NCBI GenBank assembly: GCA_001179505.1 | Contig: CDMY01000499.1 | Span: 186,001 to 250,000, forward strand | Direction: 5' to 3' | DNA length: 64,000 nt | From: Vitrella brassicaformis CCMP3155 | Taxonomy: Eukaryota; Protista; Chromerida | In this document: positions 13,201 to 26,200 of the stretch, one piece after another | Position numbering within the stretch: the first letter of the stretch is position 1 | How the letters are laid out: the number at the start of each line of letters is the position of its first letter | Translations under genes and position numbers: made by a program | The notes under the pieces: generated by a model | Seen by the model: the letters and a program-made list of their open reading frames with translations, nothing else | What the model was told of the DNA's origin: nothing | Databases searched by the model: none

Positions 13201-13769
13201 AGCCACGAGAATCAAAGGTCAGACCGAATGAGAGGACGAGGCACCTACAAAGCCTGCCATGTCTCCCTCCTCCCCATCCCATCAGAGTTGACAGACAAGC
13301 TGCGCATGTCAGCTCGGCAGCTGCTGACGGTCGACCAGCGAGTAGAGTACGTCCATCCACGAGCGTACTCCAAGCCGCCGAAGGAGAGAAGCGAAGGCGA
13401 TGCGTCCAGGTATCCATGTCTATCACAGGACGGAGGGAGGGAGACACGACCTCATTCATGTGCATTGTGCTGGGTGTCAGGGTGGATTCGACTGACCAGG
13501 CCACGGCGCAGCAGCGCGGCACGAGGTCCACTTGGCGCAGCAGCGCCAGAAGGGTCAGGAAATAGCCCAACACGCACGTACATTTTGCTGCACCGTGTAT
13601 GTGGTTGTCTGTTGTGTTATAGTCCTTCCGAAGTGGGAAGACCGTTACGTTGTGTGACGGCGAGGCACAAGGGCTCACCGCAGCCATCGGGAAGGGGCAA
13701 CCAGCGGCCGTTGCTAATGAGGGAGACAAGGAGGAGGGCGGGCAGTTGGAGGAAGGAGGGCCTGCCTAA
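10265..13769 (+). CDS. CEP164-N-like degenerate WW domain + four B-box zinc fingers + IQ motifs + coiled coil
   Basis: DVLDYIQYLGIDLQ/LEPHLSWIAREMLAAPMPPGAEML/ISKLGIVYFYDVENDFFTLEHPLTQRY resembles the CEP164 N-terminus. B-box-like units include CQDC..CRQC...CDNCFQLLH, CEEC..CDQC...CPPCFWRCH and CSQC..CEQC..YCTECFTLMH. IQ motifs RLQAWMRG and KIQRMWRG. Confidence 0.75.
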
Positions 13770-13950
13770 GGGGGACTGACTCGTGATTCATTCGGTGGTT
13801 GGAAATGGGTTAACTGACTCGATGGACGTTTGTTTGTATTTGTGTGCTGGTCTGTCGATTGGTTGCATGTCGTTGACACACACACACACGAAGAGATCGA
13901 ATGTCTGCATACATATGAATGTATCCATGTGTCAGTCAGTCAGTGTCTGT

Positions 13951-16712
13951 CTATACGATTGATTGATACCACAGGACCTAACCAAACACACCAGTGGTCC
14001 TGTCCTCCCATCCGTCTTCTATATATTCACACACACACACCATCCACCTGGCTGCCCGCTCGGACGACCTTGTCGCCCGCCCGCATCTCCACCCACCCAT
14101 CACCATCGCCACCGCCATGCGGGCTGCTCCCATACCGCAGCAGCACCCCAAACCTGCCCACGCCCCTCTTGCGGCCCGACCCATCCTCCATGCCCTGGGT
14201 GATGGTGGTCAGGGACTGCAGCACCGATGCCGTCACGGTGCCAGTCTGCGGGTCCACATTGATCGACGGGCACCTCTTACAGGAGCCCAGCGAGTAGAAG
14301 TCCAGGTTGCCGATGTGCACGGGAATGTCTGGCGAGTCGGCCCAGCTGTTCTCAATCAGCGGAGGCAGCCCACTCACAATCAGGTTGCCGCGAAACCTGG
14401 AGAGGGAGAGAAGCAAGCAAGGAAGACACCCACACCCACACACACGTGAGGCTCACTCACTTGCAGTCAGTGTGTCTGTGTGTGGCCGGCCCGGTGTGTT
14501 GTTTAACAGCGTACCTGTCGGCCTCCATGATGCTAAGTCCCGATGTGCGCTGCAGGTGGTCGAGGGAGCTGCTGGATACCAGCAAAAAGGGCGACGTGTT
14601 GGCATAGTTGCTAAGCAGCCGACGGCCATCGCCACCACCCTCTCCCCCAATGTCACTGTCCCCCTCTGAATCCACCAGCCTGACGCCATAGCCGAGACGA
14701 TCACCGAACCACCGCGCAACCGCCTCGTCGCCTTCCCCATCAGCACCCACACCGGTGCCACTTTCACTATCTTGATGATGCACCATTAGGCGGATGACAG
14801 ATAGCAGGGCTGACGGGCGGCCCCGCAGGGCTATGGGTATCCTCAGCGACGACTCACTGCGCCCCTCATCGGCGAATGACAGCACCATGACCAGTCGGTC
14901 TACGTCACACTCCAAAGCCACCCGCAGCTGCGCCAGCTTGGGCTCGCTCGTCCGGCTGATGACCCGGGGCATCTTCTCGGCACTGGTAGTGCGCTCGAGC
15001 CGGAATCTTCTGTCGAGCAGCAGCCCGCCTGTGCGAAGGTCGATGACCCATCTGGCTAGCGACACGCCGCCGCAGCTCTTGATCGGATATATACAGAGAG
15101 ACGACAAGACACCCTCAGCCGCATGATGGCCATCAGCAGGGGGAGAGGGAGTGGAGGCCGGCGGCAATGCTGGTGGCGTGACAGGGCCGTCTTGTCTGAG
15201 GGAGCACTGGGGTGCGGGGGCCGGAGTGTCTGGCTCATTCATGACGTCTTGTCGGATGAAGTCGATGAATCGGTCCACATCAGCCAGGGTGGACGAGAAG
15301 CCGAACGACAGCCGGATGCACCCCGTCGGCTGCCCGTCGATGGTGTCCACGTCGTCACCACACACATGCCCCGACATGAAGTGCCGCTCGAGGTCAGCCG
15401 CGGTCAACTGCAGGTGCGTCTGGCAGCCGCCCGTGTTGCAGTGGCACCCAGTGCGAAACACAATGCCCCTCTCGCGCGCCTTTCCCGCAACCGACGAGTA
15501 CGGCAGCACATCCCCGGTCGGTGACAAGACCACGCAGGCGACGACCGGCCCCTGCCGCCTCGGCCAATCCTCCTTGTGGTGGTCGCCGAATATCCGGAAG
15601 ACGCGCCCACCCTGCCGCCATGTGAGAGCCGCCATCCTCTGGTAGGCGTAGTGCGTGACAGCCTGCATGTGCTGCTCCAGCTGCTCCATGCTGAAACGGC
15701 GGAACACCGCCTCAAAGGCCATGGGGACGGCGGCGATGCCGAGGAAGTGTGGGCTGCCCGCCTCGAGCCTGTCGCATAAGGCGGCCTTCTCAGCCACGAA
15801 CGCCGATGTGGCCGCGACGGCCTGTACGGTGCCGCCACCGAAGGATGGTGGGGAGAGGAGGGGGGCGGCGCTGTGGCGCACGATGAGGCCCCCCAAGCCA
15901 GTGGGGTAGCCGAATACCTTGTACAGCGAGAAGACCATGAAGTCGACGGGCGTCCGGGAGAGGTCAATGCGGCTGGAGGCGGCCAGCTTGGATGCATCGA
16001 GCAGCACACGGTAATGTAGCTGATGATGCGGGATGGCGGGTTCCATCAGGGATGGGAGCAGCGACAGGTCGCCTTTGAGGCCGCTGAAATTTGACTCGCC
16101 CGTGACGATCAGCAGATTGGGGGGAGGGGGTGCGGACGAAAACGCCTCATGAGGGCACTGGGAGGGAGGGGGAGAGGGCGAGGGCGAGGGCGGCTCAATG
16201 CTCCGTCGGCCGATGTAGGAGGGATCGGCCACATCGGCGAGTCTGTCCATCTCGTAGGTCGCTACTCGCGCACCGTGCCGGAAGGCATACTGCCGCATGC
16301 CCACCACACTCGTGTGCGACTCGACAGGGTAGGCGAACACACTCCCAGGCCCAAAGGCAAACCCCTCAGCCACTACCCGCAGGCTCTCCGTCGCACCAGA
16401 AGTGAAGACCAGGCTGTACTCGTCCGACGCAGCCCCGAAGAAGGTCAGCAGCTGCCGTCGTGCCGTGTCGATGGCCTGCTCGGCTGCATGGCTGCTGTGT
16501 GGGTTGAGATGGAGGCCGGACAGCAAGTGCTGGCAGTGGTTGCGGACGAGGCTTTCGGGGTAGAGTGCTGCGCCGGCATGGTCGAGGTAGACAGTGTCCT
16601 GGAGGCGACCAAACTCCTCTGCGCGCCAGTCCTCGATGGCACGGCTGTAGCCGGCAGGGAGGGTAGATGCCGACTCATCGCTGGTATCAGGATGGCTGGC
16701 CGGCTGACCCAT
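13951..16712 (-). CDS. MOCOS: Molybdenum cofactor sulfurase (NifS-like PLP domain + MOSC_N + MOSC)
   Basis: YLDHAGAALY, FTSGATESL, DASK, FSLYKVFGYPTGLGGL (PLP Lys), RTGCHCNTGGCQ (persulfide Cys), IYPIKSCGG, DRRF, RFRGNLIV and CKRC. The last small exon (to 13951) is tentative. Confidence 0.95.
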
Positions 16713-17285
16713 GTGCAGTTAACGAGCGAAAAGGCCGGAGATCTGTCCCTTTCGCGCTGCTGCTTCGTATTTGAGCTCGCAAACGACAAGCCGATCAGGA
16801 GAGAGAGCCCTTTTTCTGCTTTTCGAGACAGCCCGACAGCCAGGGAAGCGTCCCTCAAGCCACAGATCTGTTATCCGTCCTCTCTTCCGGCATCTCGCTT
16901 CAGCAGCACATCTGCCTCGTCGCTGCTGTTTTCCCGCTTCTCTGGTGCGAAACACGCCTGGCCGTCGATTTAGATACCTGTGACGACGACAGCTCGTCCT
17001 CATCCCTGCGCCCGATTGCATCTCCGTCCGCCCGACTCATCGTTTTGCCGCGAGCGTGTGATGCTGATGCTGCGGTAGCCCGGCTGCTCAGGGGGATCTT
17101 CAGTGCGCGCGCCACAACGTAAGAAGAACAGGGCTTGCAATGGCAGATCTTTTCTTCGTTTGTGGTGCGGTTGTGTGTGTCGTCGATGGACTGTATTCTG
17201 TGTGTGTTCTGTATCGTCCATGACATCATCAGTGTGTGGGGTCGGTGAGGCGCGTGGGCTGGGCGTCGGTTGGGTGTGGTGTGCG

Positions 17286-20200
17286 ATGGGCAAGAACAAG
17301 GCCCATGCCGCCAAGGGCGCCAAGAAACCACACACAGACAGGTAGGTACCCACATCTCTCACAACCCACACACGCACAAAACACAAGTAGGCTGCCTGTC
17401 GTCTGTCGGTCTGTTTGTCTGTGTGGGGTGCACGGTTGCAGGGCAGCAGCTGCCGCGGCGGCTGCGCCTTCTGCCTCTGCTTCCTCTCGTCCGGTAGACG
17501 GCGTGTGTGTGAGTGAGCCGCCCTACGCCACGCTCCAGTGGCCCCGAGAGCAGCTGTCGATAGGCAGGGGGGAGGCAGGGGCGCTGGAAGGGAGGAGTAT
17601 TGGGGTGCGGAACCTCAGGGCGGTCTTCACTCCCACACTCATCGACAGGGGACATGGTGAGTCTGTGCGGTGTGTGTGTGTGGTGTATGCGATGGGGGCG
17701 GTGTGTGTATGTGTGTGTGTGTGCAGATGGGCCAGAGGGTGGTGGTGGTGGTGGTGTGTGTGGGGTTGGGATGCAAGTCCATCTACAGCCGCTGCAAGAC
17801 GATGGGCAGTACTGGTGAGGCAGCCAGCCAGCCAGCCAGCCAGAGGGGTAGATATGTGTGTGTGCTGCCCTTCGCACTCAGGTGCAGTGTGAACGTGCTC
17901 GTCCGCATCACGCTCGTCAACCACAAAGACGACAACAGATCCGTCACACAGGTACATACCCGTAGGCACAGCACAGGATAACACAGGACAGGACAGGACG
18001 GATAATACGGCCTTCCTTCTAATGTGGTGCCGTATGGCTGGCTGCGTGTGCAGGGTCGTGTGTTGACAACAGGCCAGGGGTGCCCGCCCTACACCTTCTG
18101 GCCCTTCATCGGCCTCGACAGGCTGCAGACGCCCGACGAGGGATTCGCAACCACACAAGGTACACATTGGATCCATCCATTCATCAGGGATTGTGTCTGT
18201 GTCTGTCTGTGCGTCTGAGTGAGTGCAGGCGTCGTGACGTTTCGCGTGTGTGTGGTGCCCCGGTTCCAGTGCGACATAATCGCGCAATTGGACAAACCAC
18301 AACCATCGCAAGGTCAGTCAGAGGGGCCGACAGACAGACCTGACCCACCGATGCAGGGTCCCATTGGTTGCGGGTGTGTCTGGTCTGTGTGCAGGTGTGG
18401 ATCTGGTTGCGGGCGATGGCTGCCATTCGTCCATTCTGCCCCGCAGCATTGTCCCAAAACACAGACCCACACCACCACTGCTGCAGGTACCTACCTACTT
18501 GAGACAGACCCACCCGACGACAGAGTCTTTCGGTCCTCACCTCTGTGTGTATGTGTGTGTGTGGGTGGGTCAGCCTCTGCTGTGCATCCCCTCGGTGCGC
18601 TCCATGTGTCTTGACCGGTGCAACGCACTCCGGGCACATCAAGATGGCTACACAGACCGTGAGATAGATACCTGTGGAGTGGACACACACCCCATCCACA
18701 CCACACACGAAACAAGGAGTCATATCCCTTGCTGTGCTGTATTTCATTTCTTTCACAAACTGGTCAGATCCAAACCTGCTGTCGTCGCTGGTGTCGCTGT
18801 GTGAGCACTTCGCCGCCATCGACAGGCTGCCAGAACCATCTCCTCCTCCCCAACCTGCGCAGAGGGGCGAGCCTGCAGAGATGGCGTGGCGGTGGCCGCC
18901 AGCTGATGGGCGTGACGGTGCCGGGGGCATCACTGCATCCCAAGCACATATGCTGCAGATGGACATGGCTCTGCAGGTGATTCAGTCACACGCACACACG
19001 CATCATGATGTCGTCATGCTATCACAATTGTGAGGTCGTTCGTGCTCTTGTCAGAATGTCTTTGAGTCGTTTGTGCACAAGTGTTGCGATGGCGATCTGG
19101 CCAAGATGACCGACCCGGCGGCTTATGTCGACCGATTCACCCCGTTCCTGCAACACGCACTCACACCGACGCCCCCATCGCCATCGCAGCAGCGGCAGCA
19201 GCAGGAGCATCGACACCCACAGACGCCCGCAGACACCCACACCAACGGCTGCACGCCTCCTGTGACAGACAGGGACCAGGTGGCCAGCCATGCAGCTGCA
19301 AACACGACAGCAGGCGGCACCGTCTGTGTCTGTGCGGTGTGGGGGCGATCAATCAGGATGATGCTGCTGCGGGTGCGATCGAGATGCCTCCGGAAGGCTC
19401 AATGGCAGTTGACGGCGAGGGCAATCTGCCCCCAACGAGCAGTCCACTGGAGGTAAGTGGGTGAGCAGGGTGAAGATCAAAGAGGGAGAGAGGGAGAGGG
19501 GTGAGGGAGGGAGGGCGGCGTACGACAGCATGGCCGAGAGGTATGTGGGCTTGTGTGTGTCTGTCTGTGTGTGTGTGCAGTGTCGTGTGATTCATCGGGT
19601 CTCCTGTCGTGGGATGAGGTGCAGCTACGCCTTTGCCACCACATCCACCGCCATCGACCTCGATGTCACCAAACAATACTCGTACGATGGATGGACGGAT
19701 GGATGGATGGACTATAGGTGCCGCAACGTTCCCTGTTGTCCAGGTCTGTTCCTCAGCTGCTCCGCGAATACTGCCGGCCACAAGAGATCGAACGTACACA
19801 CACACCCTTCCACCATCAACACACCTTCACTACCCCTTGTTTGTCAGCTCTCCCTCCTCGTCTGTCTGTGCTTCCGGTGTGTCTGTCTGTCTGTGGCACC
19901 TACCCAGGTTACAACCTGAGCCTGCTTCGTCTCGGCGTCCAGCGTGTGGTGCGGCAGAGGTCCTTCGACCCAAACGCACAGATCATCTGCATGCGATTCA
20001 CATACACCAACGGCACCGCCACACCACCGCCACCACCAGCGGCCCCAGCCCCAGCACCGGTATCGGCATCGGCATCAGCTCAGCCCGGCCCCAACCCCCC
20101 CATTTTGCTGGTCCCCGACGGCATGGACCTGTCGGCCATCGAGCCACCACCACCTCCCACACCGCCACATAGGCGCCGCAAACACGCAGACCAACACCAA

Positions 20201-23200
20201 CCACACGAGCTACCAGCTGCTGCGGCAGCGGCAGCGGCACCAGCAGCTGACGTGGGGGCGGACGGCACCGACGGCCACACAGAGGGTCGCGTCTATGACC
20301 TACACAGCCTGCTGGTGGCCGCTGAGGGGTTTGGGGGCGGTCGTGTGCTCATGTCGGTGGTGCATCACCGCTTCAGACGGGGAAACTGGCGCGTCTTCTA
20401 CGATGGGACGGTCAGTCTCGCCGCAGGGTGCCCTGCCCGACAACCACCCAGGATGTGTGCGGTTTGGTGTGTGGTGTGGTGGATGCGATGCAGGTGTCGG
20501 AGAGGGGCATGTGTGAGCAGCCTCTCTTCCACTCCATCCCTGATGTGGACCACTCGTCGTGGGTGTCATGTCGGCCCGGCTTCACCATCCTCCAGGCCAT
20601 CTACATCAAGGCGGGCGTCTTCGCGGGGGAGGAAGGCGGCGGCGTGGTGTGTCCTAGCTATGTCGAGAGCCCGCTGGACCTCACTGCCAGCCCACCATAT
20701 GTCGGCCGGGAGGCACCATTGCAGGCCATCAAAACCAGAGAGGTCAGAGAGGGAGAGGTCACCCACACAAGCCACAAGCCACAAGCCAACAAGACGGCAT
20801 ACGGCATGGGTGTGATGTCTTGTGATGTGTTGTGTAGGTGAAGGTCGTGTCGTGTGATGCGCTGCGTCGTCTCCGTGGCGGTTGGTGGCGGCTGACCTGT
20901 GACGCCATGCAGCACGTCCCGCTGCCCACCGAGGCCGTCACCACCATCACTGCTGACAGGTGAGGTGGGTCGGTGCAGTGCAGAGGCACTCTGGCTGGAT
21001 GGACGGATGGATGGCAGACCCCCTCATGTCACGCGTGCGGGGTGGGGGTGGGTGTGTGGCTTGTGTGTTCAGGTCATCGACATTGCGTCAGATCAGCGCC
21101 AAGTACATCAAGAGGGACAAGGCAAGCAAGGACCAACACATGGCGGCCAATGACTCCACGGCCAGGTCTGTCTGTCTGTCTGTCTGTGTGGTGGCATCAA
21201 TGCAGGCGCAGCAGCAGGACAGCGTCAGGAGGCCTGTGAGCACACACACACACAGTGCCCATGGACACCCTTCGTGTGTGTGTGTGTGTGTGTGTTTGTT
21301 GTCAGCCTGACGTGTCTGAGTGGTATCTCTTCCCGAGCGGCGGCAACAGCGCCGCCCTGATGCTCCTCAACATGAACGACAAACCTGTAGAGATGGCCGC
21401 TGTCATGGTCAGCCACATGACCACACACATACACACACACACACACACACAGAGAGAGAGGGGGGAGATTTCATGACGGTGTTGGTTTTGTTTGTGTCTG
21501 TGTTGCAGCGTCTGTTGGGCAATGGGTGTGACGGTGTGTGGCTGCTGGCCGTGTCGCACTGCGACAGCCTCACCACGGTCAGCACAGTTGGCCATGCCCC
21601 CAGACCGCCCCCCCCAACCACTGTGTGAGTCTGTCAGGCCCAGGCCGTCGAGCGTGATTTGGTCAACGGCACCCTCTCGGATGAGAAGCCATTCACTCTC
21701 ATAGTCAAGGCAAGCCGGAGGGGGTGTTGGCGAACGAATGCGTGTGTGTGTGCATGTGTGTTGCTGACGTTCTGTGTGCAGTACTTCGACCCCGCCAAGC
21801 TCGTCATGTTCTGCCTGGGCACCGTCGTAAGCAGCAGCAACACAGACACAGACAGACAGGCAGACACAGATACTCATGCAGCCGGCCTGCTGCCCTTTGC
21901 TGCCTTCCCACAGGCCCTTGGTGCCGACATGCCTCTCGGACATATCGCGTAGGCCCCCACCCCACCACCCTCCCCCGCCCGCAATGCCTCACACACACCT
22001 GCTCCCCCGCCTTGTCCTCTTGTGCGTGTGTGTGTGTGTGTGTGTGTGTGCGCAGGCGGTGGGTTGTGGAAACGTTGCGCGAGGCGCGGGATGATGCCAA
22101 TGCAATCCCGTTGCCCGCCTTCCAATGGCCGACGGATGCCAAAACTCTGGTCGGTAGCCATGAGGCAGGCACATAGATAGCCACACGCCGGCAGCCAGCC
22201 ATCTACCTACCTACACGCCATGCTCTCTCTCTCTGTCTGAGTGTGTGTGTGCAGATGTGTCAGTTGGAGCATGTGTGGACGCCCTACCTGTCGATAGCGA
22301 TGCGCCATCCCGTGGGGAGGATACTCAGCAACAAGACGGTAGGCAGGCAAGGAGTGAGCCCAGCCCACACTCCATCAACATCCATCGTGCCCTCATTGCA
22401 ATCGTTGCGAGACTCTCTCTTCGTGTCCGTCTCTCTGTGTGTCCGTCCGTCCGTCCGTCCGTCCTGTCCGTCAAGGTCTCTGTGGTTGTGTATCAGCCGG
22501 TGCCCGATGGCTACCAGGCCTGCCGGCTGTGCGGCAGATACGAGGCCGGCAGCACTATCAACACACACGAGGGGTCAGCCAGTCTGAATGAGCCCCCCTC
22601 CCGACGCACACACACCCCTTAAAGCCACGGTGTCATGTGTGGTCTCAGTCACTGTTCGTTGGAGTGTTTCCACCTGGCCTGTCTCGACAAGATGCGGCCG
22701 CAACTCACCAAACTCATCGACACGTCTGCAGCCACACAAGACAAGACACACAGCCAGACGCGCACACACACAGACAGACAGACAGCCTGCACTCGTGTGT
22801 GCCTGCCTACAGAGGTGCGTGCGAGCGCAGCGACGTCAAGCACGCCAACTTCCCTGGTAAGGACACAAACACACACACACACACAAACAACATGTCCTCT
22901 CTCTCTGTGTGTGCAGGCTCCCTGCCCTGTTGGGTGACGGTGTCCGACCAGCCCCCACCGTGCAGCGAGGTCAACGGCGACTACATGCTCCAGCCACAGC
23001 TGCTCGACCAACATCCCGCATGGAAGAAACCGCCCCAACGCTCTCTCTCACCCCCACACCCACCAGGGGCGGGCAATATGGGCTTGTCGGCATTGCTGCG
23101 GAAGAACCCCCTGATGCTGCGGTACGATGGTGCGATGGGGTATTGGGAGGTGGTCAGCACCGCACCGGACGGCAAGACCTACTGCATCGCACGAGCCACC

Positions 23201-26200
23201 AGCGGCTCACGGTCGGCAAGAGGACGGACTGCTGGACAGGGAGGGCATCCTGAATGGGCGGATAAATGTGTGTGTGTGTGCAGTGTCGTTGGAATGGATC
23301 CTTGTACGATGGGTCTGCAGTGGTCGGTGTGGGACGGCGACAACGCCGCCTTCAGGGACAGCCCCACCATGACGCTCACGCCCAAAGGCGAAGGTATGGC
23401 CGCACGCCACCCATCACACCACACACACCCTCCCACACACATCTCACACACACCACACCACACCACACACACCCTTCCTCCATGTGTGTGTTAGGGAGAT
23501 TTGGTTGCCATGAGGCGCTGATAGTGTGCGGCCGCGAGGGCAGCAACGCGGCCCTCAACGGCGACTACGAGCTGATGCCACAGCGCTGGAACGGCCGGCC
23601 CGCCTACAGGAAGGCCACCAACACACACGGACAGATGGCCTTCCTCTACTTCAGGCAACACACACATACACACACACACACACAGAGAGGGAGAGACGGA
23701 CGGAGAGAGACCGTCTTCCTTCTGTTGTCGCTTTGCTGTGTGTGTGGCGTGTGTCAGGTCAGAGGTGGGTTGCTGGCAGATCTCACCTGTGCTGGGGTCG
23801 GCCCAGAATACCGTTGCGTCGTGCGGTGGGTGCGGGACGGTCTGGTGCCCGTCGGAGTGTGTGGCGGTGTGGGAGGTGTGGGACCCGGACCGACAGACAC
23901 GCACACTCGACAGGGGTATTCTCATCACACCCAGAACAGGTAGGTACCAGTGCATCCCCATCCCTCTCTGGGCGCCGCAGCCAACACCGCGAGCGACACA
24001 CCTGTGTGTGTGTGTGTGTGTTCGTGTCGATTCATCGTCAGCTGACTGCAGTCGCGATGGTGCGGGTGGGTCCGCCCCTGCCGTGGTGACCGTCTGGCGC
24101 CGCAAGGGAGAGGGAGTCGACACAGCCGACACCACAGACATGACGGGCGACTACTTCCTCACCGACCGCACTCACAACGGCCGCCCGTGCTACAAGAAAC
24201 ACGGCCCCACCATCCCGCCACCACCAGCAGCACCAGAAGCAGCAGGGGTGGAGGGTTGTGCAGATGGCGAGGGTGTTGGGGTGGACAGGTGGCTGTATTA
24301 CGACGCCAGCCGCGGTTTCTGGCAGATCGCGCCCGAGCTGGGAGACAAAGAGATCCTGGCCGAGGGAGGCAGAGAATGGTTGGTCTGCACCCGCTCACCA
24401 CCTCAGGCACACACACAGATGGTGTGTATGGGCGTGTGTCAGGTCTGCACTGCATCCGTGTGCGGAAACTCTGCGGTGGTGGGTGTGGGACGGCAGCAAA
24501 GAGGCCTTCGTGCAGGACCACCAGATCGCCCTCACAGAAGGTGCCATGCCCGCATCCCATCCCATCCACCCTCTCGTCCCTCGTCGATCTATCTAACCAT
24601 ATATATTCCCTCTCTGTGATGTGGGTGTGTCAATCAGCGTCGGGTTTCCCCGCGGCTCTCGAGGTGTCGGGTCGTGTCGGCTTCAACAGCCACATCAACG
24701 CCGCCTACACGCTCATGCCAGATCTGTTCGACGGCCGACCGGCATACAAGTCCGCACCATCGCACAACCGCCCAGAGCATCCCCCACACCCGTCCCCCGC
24801 CACCCCTTCTCCCCCACGAGTCACTCCCGACTCGCCACCGATGCCCAAGGGCCAGAAGCGACACCGGGCAGCGTCGATGGGCGACGGCAAGGCGGCTGTG
24901 AGGGCGGTCAAGGGCAGCAGTGGCAGCAGCGGTAGGGTGAAGGGCACCAGCACCAGCAGCACTAGTGGCCCGTCGGTGTACCTCTTCTTCCGCGCGGCGA
25001 CGGGGAGGTGGGAGCTGAGCGCTGAGCTGGGGTCGCCTCTCACACTGGCAGAGAGCACTGTCCAATGGTCAGCCTGTCACTCAGTGAGAGGTTTCGGTGA
25101 AAGTGATGTGTTGATGGTACTGGCCGATTGCTGACTGATGTGTGATGTGTGTGTCAGGTCGGCGTTCTCGCCGCACACGATCTCTGGCGTGTGGTGTGTG
25201 TACGACGGGGACGCCTTCAGACCCGACGCCAACATCGTCATCAAGCCGCTTCCCAAGCGTACGCACAGACTCAACGCAACACAACACAACACAACACAAG
25301 CACATCGATCCTTGCTCTCCTTATGCAGAGGATGGTGATGGCGGCTCCCCTCCCCTGTGCTATCTCCGTGTGACCCACGGCGCCCCCCGTCTGGCGCCCG
25401 GCACCACCGCCACCTCAGGCCCCCCTCTGCCCACATCACCCGCATCGCACATGCACCACCAGCCATCACCACATGCGTCACCATCACCACTGTACAAGAC
25501 CGAGGACCCTCACAGGGCAGCCGGAGAGTCGGCGCATGCGGCCGACGGACAAGAGGCGCGTGAAGGGGAGCCGCCAATGTTGGCTGCAGCAGCTGATGGT
25601 GACGGTGATGACGAGATAATTGACTTGCCCCCTGCAGCTGATGCGTTGGCAGAGGAGGCCAATCACAGGGAGGCGGCCACGCATGACCTTGACGCATCCG
25701 ACTCGGCCTCGCCCCATGACCATGACGAGCACGACCATGAGCAGGAGGACAACGTCCCGTCGCCTTCAGGCGAACAGCAGCCACAGGCGCATGACGATGA
25801 CAATGAAGACGAAGACGACGACGCTCACGACGACGATGCAGCTGGTGCCGCCCATCCGGCGAAATCGCAGCTGCGCAACGCCAAGCGGAAGGAGAAGAAG
25901 CTCCGTCGTCAGCAGGAGAGGGAGGCGGCTTTGGCCAGGCAGAAGGTGCAGCAGGCTGCCGAGAAGGCCGAGCAGCGACGGCAGAGGAAGATGGAGAGGC
26001 AGCAGAGAGAGAAGGAGAGAGAGGAGCAAGAGCGCAAAGAGAAGGAGGCGGCCGAGCAAAGAGAGAGGGAGAGGGAGGAGAGGGAGGCGGCGGCAATGGT
26101 GCACAAGTCGGTCCTGTCGGCGGCCGTGAACGCCAAGAAGACCACCGCCAAGGCCGACAAGGACAAAGGCAAAGACAAGCGTGGCACGAAGGCTGACGCT

